Positions 53,115-64,000 of a DNA stretch of 64,000 nucleotides are shown here, piece after piece. The notes beneath the pieces are model-generated. The model did no database searches. It saw only the letters and a list, made by a program, of their open reading frames with translations, and was not told where the DNA came from. The position numbers and the translations under genes were made by a program. The stretch's first letter is position 1. Every line of letters starts with the position of its first letter. The DNA comes from Octopus sinensis (taxonomy: Eukaryota): positions 10,292,001 through 10,356,000 of the forward strand of contig NC_043021.1 of the NCBI RefSeq assembly GCF_006345805.1. The letters run 5' to 3'.

Positions 53115-55031
53115 ATATATATATATATATTATTTTGAAGCCGAACTTTGTACCACAAGTTTAGAGAATTCTCGTTGATGACACAACTACGCGAAACTCG
53201 GACCACCTTGGGTAATTTCAGTATTAAAACGTGTCTGCGCGCACGCAAAACATATTTGAAACAAGAATAGTTTTAAATTCTTGCATTTTGATGTGAATTG
53301 TTTTGTAAATATTGCCATGGCCATTATTGTATGAGTAATTTTGTCTTTGTTGACACTGAACAATAGGAAGGAGTCTATATGTTGCCACTTGGCTTTCTAG
53401 AAATAGCAGCTGAATTTGCTTCAAATTACACTGTCTGCTAAGTGGTGAGGAACCATCGAATAATTTGGTTCTGGAGACATTATTTCTCAATTCATGACTG
53501 AGTGGGTCACAGCTGAAATATTTAATTAGAGGTATATTTGGTCACTGTATATTTACAAAAAATGTGTCTACGCGGTCATTTGACCTGCTAAAAAGAGCAG
53601 TGAAATCTCTCAAATCAAGCTCTGTCGTCGTAGTTCTTTCTTTATGGGCCCCTTTGATTCCTATTTCAACTCTGCTGGACACCCTCCCCCAATGCTAGCC
53701 TAAGTTTTCCGGGAAGATAACTGGTAGACATATATATTTTTTTATTTTGCTTCAGTCATCAGACTGCAGCCATGCTGGGGCACCACCTTGAATTTTTAGT
53801 CGAACGAATCGACTTCGGTGTTTTTTTTTTCTGAATCACGGTACTTATTCTGTCGGAGTCTTTTTGCCGAATCGCTAAGTTACAAGGTCGTAAACACAGC
53901 AACACCTATTGTCATGTAGTACTGAGGAACAGGTACATTCACACACACACGACAGGCTTCTTTCAGTTTCCGTCTACCAGATCCACTCACAAGGCTTTAG
54001 TCGGCCCGAGGCTATAGTAGAAGACACTTGCCCAAAGTGCCACGCAGTGGGACTGAACCCGGAACCATGTGGTTGGTAAGCAAGCTACTTACCAAACAGC
54101 CACTCCTACGCCTATATTTTTTTTCCATATATATACATTTCCACGCAAAGGTTAATAATACAAACTAGGTTATCTTTTTTTTCTTTTCTTTCTCAGTGAC
54201 GCCATCTGATGTACCGTGTTAAAGTGGGACATTTTCAAAATGTATTTATGTTTATATAAACATTGATAAAATAGACAGGATGTCTAGTCATGAGTCGAAC
54301 AAAGTTAAATCGGTTCTCGTTGTTTAAATTGCCTCACCAGCACCTGCCATATCAATCATTTTTCTCTCCCAGATTGTCGCTTTTGATGTCTTATATAATT
54401 TACATTAACTGTTTTGTATAGTAGTTAATTGAGAATATTACAAAGGGTGCGATCCCTAAATTACAGTGGACGTCAACCATTTATTAACTATGGACCCCTT
54501 TGATTAGTATTTCATTCTGGTGCTCATCTTCCCCCTAGATATCCCTTTCAAAATTCCTATTTTGTTTATCACACATTCACTCGTGGAAGAGAAAGCAACT
54601 TGTTGCTTGCATTAAATACATATAAAGCTAAACTTTTTCATGGAACCCGTAAAATACCGATGTGGGCCCTAGTTACTAGTTTGCTCGTGTGGATCCCGCA
54701 AAATCTTATATTGACCGCGAGTGAATTTGCTTCTTACGTTTAAACTTAGTGGGTCCTTAACGTTTTTTTGTAGCGCCTCCCTTTTAAGTAGCTGTTAAGC
54801 TTAGCACCCACATAAGTAGCGGGTGGGGTATCACGACTAAAGTAATTTAACATGGATGATAATTTAAAAATTTTACTCAAAAGTAGACTATAATCTTATT
54901 AATTAATAATAATTAATAAAGACAAGGTCTTATATGCCCCATTATTAGACCATTTTCCTTAGTCGTTTCACGCTGATCGCTATAACCTTTAGGCTTATAT
55001 AAATACCATTATTATTATATTATATATATAG

Positions 55032-55064
<33 letters not shown>

Positions 55065-55508
55065 GTGGGGTATGTTTCATCTCTATGATTGAGCAACTTG
55101 TTCGTTTATTTAACATGCAAGTGGCTGAACACTCCGCCGCTAGTCACGTGTACCCTTAACGTAACTTTTAAAAAATATTACAGATAGTTTCCATCTAAAC
55201 GGGTTTCCATAGTTTTATTCAGCCTGTTTTTTTTATTATAAGGCATATATCTAACTCAAACACCACGGTAGTGGGTTTGAAATCCTTCACCCCGCCCAAG
55301 CATCTACACGAGAGGAAATACTTGAGGTGAAATGGGGACAAACCGTGACATTGGGGAGTGGGGGTGGTTCTTCATTGAAATTTGTTTCGTAACATGGGCT
55401 TCTAAATACTGGTTTAGTTGTGTACTCTCTCGCTTATACACACACCGAGTTTGACGCGGTTCTACATAAGCTTTCCTGGGCTTCGTAGGATGAACTCATA
55501 CCAAAATG

Positions 55509-55540
<32 letters not shown>

Positions 55541-57613
55541 CTTACCTACCTATCTATCTATCTACTTACCTATCTATCTATCTACTTACCTACCTACCTA
55601 TCTATCTACTTACCTACCTATCTATCTACCTACCTACCTATCTATCTATCTACTTACCTACTTACCTACCTATCTATCTATACCTACATACATACATACA
55701 TGTCTCTCTACCTACGTACGTGTCTGTCTACATAGGTGTCTATCCTATCGTTTTTGTATTTAGCTTGCAAGATTCTTAATGTGAACTCGTGTATTGAAAC
55801 GGGTTATTTTTGTATCTCTGGGGAGGGAGCGGTCATTAGTCTAATAAACATACGCTTTGGTTCAATTTCGCTTTATTCACCCATCAGTTGGTTAGTTACT
55901 CAACCAACTAATAAATTGTTTGCTCAATAGGTTAACCAGTCAATGTTTGACTATCCCATCAGTATATAAGTGCATGTAAGACAAATGTATAATTTGAGTA
56001 ATTTTAGCTGTTATTTTTAGCAGGAGCAATGAATGCTTTCGTTCTCTCTTCATACACCACTAAGTCTTTCTGTTTGTATGTGTGTGTGTATTTATTATCT
56101 CCGCTTATTAGTCACTCTGAACAAATCCACCTGTTTGGGTTTTGTAGTGCAGTGTCTGATATAGTCGCTAATATATCCTTTTTTGTTTCCAGTTAATAGC
56201 TCAGTATGTGTGTTCCAATATCCAGGTGGTCGGGCTCTTATTAATTAGTAGGCTTGACTTGCGGTCAGTGCGGGAGGACTTGCAGATTCCTTGTAGGTGC
56301 CGGGAGTCACATGAGACTTTACCAGCGATGTGGAGACAAAACTTGAAGTCTCCACATTTTTAGACTGAAATGTGTCTATGAAGTGGTCTTACTCGGTCAC
56401 GAGTCGTCTTCCTCAAGAGACACATTCCTGTTCAAAGAACATGACTACCGCTTTATTGTTCACCGTTGTTGTTCACAACGAGAGAATCCAACACACACAC
56501 ACACACACTTTTTCTCTCTCTTAGATTTTTTTTTTTTCATTTGACAGCGGCCATGATGAAGCACCGTATTAACCTCACTCATTTTTTTTGTTTTTTTCTC
56601 TTTCATTTTTCGACAGAGGGATTTCGCCATAAGAACATTTCGAAAGTTCAGTCCCCCCCCCCGCCCCCCACTCTTTTTTTTACTTGTTTTTCATTTGACA
56701 GCGGCCATGATGAAGCACCGCATTTAGTGGAACAAATCGACCCCAGGACTTATTCTTTGTAAGCTTAGTACTTATTCTATCGGTCTCTTTTGCCGAACCG
56801 CTAAGTTATGGGGACGTAAACACACCAGCATCGGTTGTCAAGCGGTGGTAGTAGGGACACACAAATACTTTGTATATGTATTTTGACCAATATTCTAATG
56901 ATACTTCCAGCTTGCCACCTTAACTGCAAAAAATATTGATTTCAAATTTTGGCACAAGGCCAGCAATTTCATGGGAGGGGGTTAAGTTGATTACATCGAA
57001 CCCTGCGTGCAATCGATGCTTATTTTATCAGTCCCGGAGGGGATGAAAGACAAAGTTTACCTTGGTGGAATTTGAACTCGGATCGGGAAGATGGACAAAA
57101 TGCCACTAAGCATTTTGACCGGCATACTAACAATTCTTCCAGCTGGTCACCTTAACTGCAAAGAATATTGCTAACAGGATGATACTTATAAGAAAGTCTG
57201 CAAGTATTGCTGATAACTCTAATAATGAGCGTAGCAAAAAATGTCAAAAGATGTTTATTTTGAGCTCACTTCCTACACCTAGTTGCACAAAATTGATGTG
57301 GTGTCATAAACGTCAAATAACTTTGCATAAGTTATTCACCCCATCAAGCAGATGTTAATAATGGCAAACTCTAAGAAAGAAGGTTATTATCCCTCATCCT
57401 CCCTCTAACTCTTATTCTACCTTCACCACCACCAACCACCACCACCCCTCATACTATTAAGTCAGCACCTTTTGTGGCAAGAACGTATCCCATTACATTA
57501 CAATTTTTGTTATTTTATTCCCTTGTGTTTTATGTATACATACTGTATATTTTTAGAAGTTTTTCATGCATGAATCTGATTGTGTACTGTTTGTTAAAAA
57601 AAAAATCGGTCAG

Positions 57614-57713
57614 NNNNNNNNNNNNNNNNNNNNNNNNNNNNNNNNNNNNNNNNNNNNNNNNNNNNNNNNNNNNNNNNNNNNNNNNNNNNNNNNNNNNNNN
57701 NNNNNNNNNNNNN
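57614..57713. other. Assembly gap (100 N)
   Basis: Run of exactly 100 N; true size unknown. Confidence 0.99.
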
Positions 57714-59989
57714 TGGAACCATGTAGTTGGGAGGCAAGCTTCTTACCACATGGCCACACCTCAAATTAATCAATTGAAATCTGAAAGCTGTTCTCTGCAT
57801 GACAAGACAGTCCAAAGATTGAAATCAGTAAAAGAAATTTTTCAGCCTCGCCTGGCCCCCGTGCCGGTGACACGTAAAAGCACCATCCGTTTCGTGGCCA
57901 TTGCCAGCTCTGTCTGGCCCCTGTGCCGGTGACATGTAAAAGCACCATCCGTTTGCCAGCTCTGTCTGGCACCTGTGCGGGTGGCACGTAAAAGCACCCA
58001 CTACACTCACGGAGTGGTTGGCGTTAGGAAGGGCATCCAGCCGTAGAAACACTGCCAGATCTGACTGGGCCTGATGAAGCCTTCCAGCTTCACAGACCCC
58101 AGTTGAACCGTCCAACCCATGCTAGCATGGAAAACGGATGCTAAATGATGATGATATATCTATAGGTGAAGTTTAAATTGTGACCTTCATGGCTTTCCTA
58201 AGTAGGTTAGTGACTATTGGAAAGACATTAATGGTTTATGAGTAACTTCCTGTCATTAGTGAACATCTGTTCAATTATAGACCAGTCTGCATTTTTATTA
58301 TCTTCTTGTGTGTTTATATAGATGTATGTATGTATGTGATATAATTTACGAGAATGTTCTGTATGTATGTGCATATACATGTCACTAATCTATTAAAACC
58401 ATTATGGAACTGTCAGCCACTTAACTAGGAAATTTTGTCCCGTGAATTTAGATTGAGTGTATGGTGGATATATATATGTGTGTATTATATGTGTGATATG
58501 TATCGTAATGCATATTTACATATGCCAGCTGCTGTTAAACCAGTCAACATATGCCAGCATGAAAGGAGGATATTAAATGATGTATATGTAGGAACACAAA
58601 ATGAAGATAAGAGTACTCAATACTGAAAGTAGAGTGATATGATTTATATGCAGTTGAAGCTTTATAAATCACTCCTTGGGCATTAATAAATTATATTAGT
58701 ATTTAATAGAAGCTGAAATTATATATGCATGTTCTTGGTTTAAAAATATCATTTTTACTCTTTTACTTGTTTCAGTCATTTGACTGTGGCCATGCTGGAG
58801 CACCACCTTCTGCCCGACAATTCAAAAGATGATACTTGAAATTTTATTACAAACGTTTCAGTTTTTAAGTTATTACTTTGTGTAACATAGTGAATATGTC
58901 CTTTGTGTTTTTTTTTTTTGTATGAATTAATATATCATTGTTTTTAATGTGTACTTTTCCATGCTTGGCGAATCCGATGGAATCTATTGAGGCAGATTGC
59001 CTATAGTTGGATTCCCTTCCTGTCATTAATCCTTGTTTCCAAGCGAGGTATTTTACTCTTTTACTCTGTTTCAGTCATTTGACTGTGGTCATGCTGGAGC
59101 ACCGCCTTTAGTCGAGCAAATCGGCCCCAGGACTTATTTTTTGGAAGCCTAGTACATATTCTATCGGTCTCTTTTGCCAAACTGCTAAGTTACAGGGATG
59201 TAAACACACCAGCTTCGTTTGTCAAGCAATGTTGGGGGGGACGACACAAACATATACACACACATATCTATCTCTCTCTCTCTCTCTCTTTAATATATAT
59301 ATATTATATATATCTATATATATATAGATATATATATATATATATATATGACGGGCTTCTTTCAGTTTCCGTCTACCAAATCCATTCACAAGACTTTGGT
59401 TGACCCGAGGCTATAGTAGAAGACACTTGCCCAAGGTGCTACACAGTGGGACTGAACACGGAATCATGTGGTTCGCAAGCTACTTACCACACAGCCACTC
59501 CTATGCCTCTAAACTAGATATAATTCTGCTGTGAACAGGAAGCAAAACAACTCTGAACAAACCTATTGTGCATGTAAAAGTGATGGTGATGATAATATAG
59601 TTTTTTTTCTTCTGTCAAAATTCTACTTCTATCTCACTTTCTCTGCCATCCTCTGTATTCTTTCACATTATAGTTCTAGTTAGCCTTCTACATAGTAGAT
59701 CTTTCTCTTTTCATCTCTCCCTTCTCTTTATCACTTATGCTCTGTCTGTCTGTCATTGTGTGTATATTTTTTTCTGATTTTGTGTAAATGTGTATAGAAT
59801 AATATATCAGTTGAATAAAGTTAAAACATGATCTGGTTTTCACGTTTTAAAATACAAGAGGTTTCAAAGAGTGCAAGCCTCTGCCAAAGTAACACCAATG
59901 TCCTCTCAACGATTAGCCAGAGATGATTTTTAAAATGAGAATATCTGAAATAAACTCAACTACTCACACAAACAAGAATACTAAAAGTG

Positions 59990-60232
59990 AACCTGACTGC
60001 TCTCAAAAATTAAGTAAAAAAAAAAAACAGGAAAAATAACCAGAAATCTTTGTCCGGTACCGGATCGATCCCCAAATCTAATCAGTTTGTACCAGTCACA
60101 TGGCCAAACTTCCCTGAAAGTTTCATCCGAATCCATCCAGCAGTTCTTGAGATATCTTGTCCACGGACAAACAAACAAATGTGACTGAAAAGAATACCTC
60201 TACCTTTGCTAAGGCAGAGGTAATAATAAAAA
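59990..60232 (+). mobile_element. HINE/Helentron-like non-autonomous element
   Basis: Internal (acaa)n and 3' end TACCTCTACCTTTGCTAAGGCAGAGGTAATA, like DINE-1-type ends. Confidence 0.5.
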
Positions 60233-62702
60233 GCATGAAAACCAGACTATATTTTAACTTTATTCAACTGATCCACACACACATACACACACACAGGTGT
60301 AGGCATAGCTGTATGGTGAGAAGCTTGCTTTCCAACTACATAGTTCCATGTTCAGTCCCACAGCATGGCAAGTGCATTCTGCTATAAGCCTCAGGCCAAC
60401 CAGAGCCTTATGAGTGGATTTGGAAGATGGAAACTGAAAGAAACCCATTATGTGTGTGTGTGTGCATCTGTTTGTCCCCCAACATACCTTGACAACCGGT
60501 GTTGGTGTGTTTATGTCCTCGTAATGTAGCAGTTGGGCAAAAGAGACCAATAGAATTAGTACCCGGCTTAACCCTTCAGTATTTAAACCGGCCATATCCA
60601 GCCAAAATAGTTAATCTGTTTTATGTTCAAACTGACCAGATCCGGGCTCTCACACCTACCCTACAATGCTATTCTACATTAAGTAATTACACCATCAAGA
60701 TCTTGAAGATATGAGATAATGCATGATTAATTCAAATCAATGGGAATCAATAGGCATTATGTTTGATTGAATAATCTGAACACTAAAGGGTTTAAAAAAA
60801 ACAATTTTAATAAGTACTGGGGTTGATATATTTGACTAAATTCTTCAAGGTGGTGCCCCAGCATGGCCGCAATCTAATGACTGAGACAAGTAAAAGATAA
60901 AAGATACATATATGTGTATCTTCCTCTCTTACTTTGTCCTTCATTCCTCCCTCCTTTTTATTTTCCCAAACCTATTACTGGCTGGCAGCTGGTTATTTTC
61001 CCTTTGTCTATGTCTACCACAATGTCAATCACCCACTTATCAAATACAACCTATCTCTATAATACTTACTCTTCCACCTCCCTCACAACTCTGATCCCTC
61101 AGCTACCACCTGACATAATTAGCAAACAAAACATTACATAGGCTTTATAGGACACATTTTTGTTTAAAGGTGATGATTCATGCGAAGAGTTTAAAGCAAC
61201 TCAGCGCATGTGTGCAAACACACACAAATCCTTTGTACATATATTTACCTATAGATACTTTGTGTGTGTGTGGTGTGTATTCTGTTATTTTGTTGCTTGT
61301 TTCAGTCATTTGACTGTGGCCATGCTGGAGCACCTCCTTTAGTCGAGCAAATCGACCATAGGACTTATTCTTTGTAAGCCTAGTGCTTATTCTATCGGTG
61401 TCTTTTGCCGAACCGCTAAGTTACAGGGACGTAAACACACCAGCATCGGTTGTCAAGCAATGTTGGGGGGAACAAACACAGGCACACAAACATGTACACA
61501 CACATACATACATACATACGACAGGCTTCTTTCAGTTTCTGTCTACCAAATCCACTCACAAGGCTTTGGTAACCCTGAGGCTATAGTAGAAGACACTTGC
61601 CCAAGGTGCCACGCAGTTGGACTGAACCCGGAACCATGTGGTTGGTAAGCAAGCTACTTACCACACAGCCACTCCTGCACCTATTTGTAACATATTAAGC
61701 TTAGTTAATTCAACTCAATCTATTTCTTTACAAGCTTTATATACCAAGTAAAAATTGGAAAAGGACCGAACCCTTTGCTTCTCCTTTGTATTACATGTGA
61801 TACTCACGACTTATTTTCCCTGGTGTCCATGTATCATTTATGACACACTTTCCCAATTTTGTTTCAACCACCAGAGTAACTTGAAACTTATGCAAGGAAA
61901 ACTTTATATTACTCAGAACCTATGAAACGGGGGCAAACTAAATTCTGAAAACAGGAGTGAAATTTTAGGGCAAACTTATGACGTAAATGTATATCCACTT
62001 ATGCAATGTTGTGATAATGTTTGTTGTTTTATAAACTAAGCAATCTTATATAATTATCTCTGTTTGTCTTTTCCTCTCCCCAGAAGCTTTCTCTTTGGTA
62101 ATACAATCCGGTTGGCTAAGTTTCTCATATTTTTTGATCTCATAATTTATTTTTTATGACAAGGTTGTGTGTGTCCTAGGTCATTACAGTTAAAGACTTG
62201 GTATATTTTGAATGACTCCTTATATATATCTGCTTTCATCTTCTACAAACAACAAAATTAACATTTCCGCGCATGACTTGAGATTTACATAAACTGGTGT
62301 GTTGAGGGTTATGTTATCTTGTACATCTTTCTTCAGCCCTTTAGCTTTCAGATTAATCTAACCAACCAATGGAATGCTTTTTAACCACATTGTTTTGAAT
62401 TAATCATGTATTCATTATCTCATTGCTTCAGAATTTTGATGTAGGCTAAGACATTGAGTAGCTAGATTTGGCTGGTTTGAACATAAGCGGGTAGAATATT
62501 AGGGTTAGATGTGGCCAGTTTAATTGCTAAAGTTTTCTTCATTAGCATGTGTGTGTATGTGACAGCATATATATATGCGCAGGAGTGGCTGTGTGGTAAG
62601 TAGCTTGCTTACCAATCACATGGTTCGGGTTCAGCCCACTGCGTGGCACCTTGGGCAACTGTCTTCTACTCTAGCCTCGGGCCGACCAAAGCCTGTGAGT
62701 GC

Positions 62703-62750
<48 letters not shown>

Positions 62751-63385
62751 ATATACATACATACATACATACATACATACATACATTATGTATGTGTGTG
62801 TGTGTGTACATGTTTATGTGTCTGTGTTTCCCCCCCCCAACATCGCTTGCTAGTGTGTTTACGTCCCCGTCACTTAGTGGTTTGACAAGCGACAACGATA
62901 GAATAAGTACTAGGCTTACAAAGAATAAGTCCTGGGGTAGATTTGCTCAACTAAAGGCGCTGCTCCAGCATAGCTGCAGTCAAATGACTGAAACAAATCA
63001 ACGAATAAAAGAATACATATCTGTATATATTTGTGTGTATATATGAGAGCAAGAGCTCCCAGGTATAGTCCAGATTCTGGCTAATCACACCAAGTAGTAA
63101 GAAGCACCAAAGATCGTGTAGGGTGAACAATCCCACTGTGGGTCTTCTAAGAATTCACTCTGCTGAATTATGAATATTTGCAGGAGTGTAAATCCAAAAC
63201 AATTACAAAGAATACAGAGCCTGATAGAGCTTCAAATTATACTTTTAATTTAAAAGTTAATTATGCAGCATAATTAGTTAGTTGGTCATTCTAACTTACT
63301 AATTATGGTGTATAATTAATTGTTAAATTAAATGAAAGATTTGAAAATGTATCAACCTCTTGTTTTCAGTTTGTGTGTGTGTGTA

Positions 63386-63433
<48 letters not shown>

Positions 63434-64000
63434 CATACATACATATATATATATAAAACATAGTGGTGTTAATTATTTGATTATTTAATCTCAATTCAAA
63501 ACTATGAGTAAAAATAATTTTTTCAATTGTTTAAATGGTGCAACATTCATTAGCATAATTCCATTGTTGGCAGTGTTAAACAAAGCCACAGAAATAAATA
63601 TTAATTAATTGAATAATCTTTTATAAAAAAAATTATTTTAATATTTAATATATTTGTGGTGGTGAGCTGGTAGAGTCTTTATTGCATCAGGCAAAATGCT
63701 TAGCAGCATTTCATCTGTCTTTACATTCTGAGTTCAAATTCTGCTGAGGTTGACTTTGCCTTTCATCCTTTCGGGGTCAATTAAATAAGTACCAATTACG
63801 CACTGGGGTTGATGTAATCAACTTAAACCCTTTCTCTGTCCTTGTTTGTCCCCTCTGTATTTAACCTCCTGTGGGCAATAAACAGATATTTGAATTTGAG
63901 AAGGTGGCAAGCTGGCAGAATTGTTAGCATGCTGGGTGAAATGCTTAGTGGCATTTCATCTGTCTTTGTGTTCTGAGTTCAAATTCCACCAAGGTTGACT

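Noticed and set aside
53463-53500. TTTGGTTCTGGA (FGSG) as SSU72 exon 2
   Set aside because: Preceded in frame by TAA and not followed by the expected VKLPG motif.

Overview
Eukaryotic, repeat-rich genomic DNA. The repeat landscape (dense tRNA-derived SINEs, RTE/CR1/Penelope fragments, long TA/CA/TATG/GATA microsatellites) suggests an octopus or other coleoid cephalopod; this is an inference. By reading splice sites I reconstructed a cluster of three paralogous, secreted, six-exon chymotrypsin-like S1A serine proteases. Gene A is on the minus strand (6907->363) with its last exon left of the window. Gene B is on the plus strand (12169-19834, 259 aa) and gene C is on the minus strand (38829->32258, 254 aa); both are complete with His/Asp/Ser triads. 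A and B are head-to-head; B and C are tail-to-tail. The first coding exon of SSU72 (Pol II CTD phosphatase) lies at 50265-50341, and the rest of the window appears to be its intron 1, with a 100-N gap. Most listed ORFs are microsatellite or repeat artefacts. Most notable observations: (1) all three proteases share a non-canonical Cys25/Cys117 pair and a Gln-ended pro-peptide; (2) they share a CAGCTG E-box 36-37 nt upstream of the TATA box, and a fourth, gene-less copy of this promoter sits at 46.5 kb; (3) Penelope-associated hammerhead ribozymes are present, including an inverted pair between the convergent genes B and C; (4) a ~250-bp palindrome carries the first AATAAA after gene B; (5) SINE copies lose their CpGs inside the putative SSU72 gene body. 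All alignments, counts and folds were done by eye.
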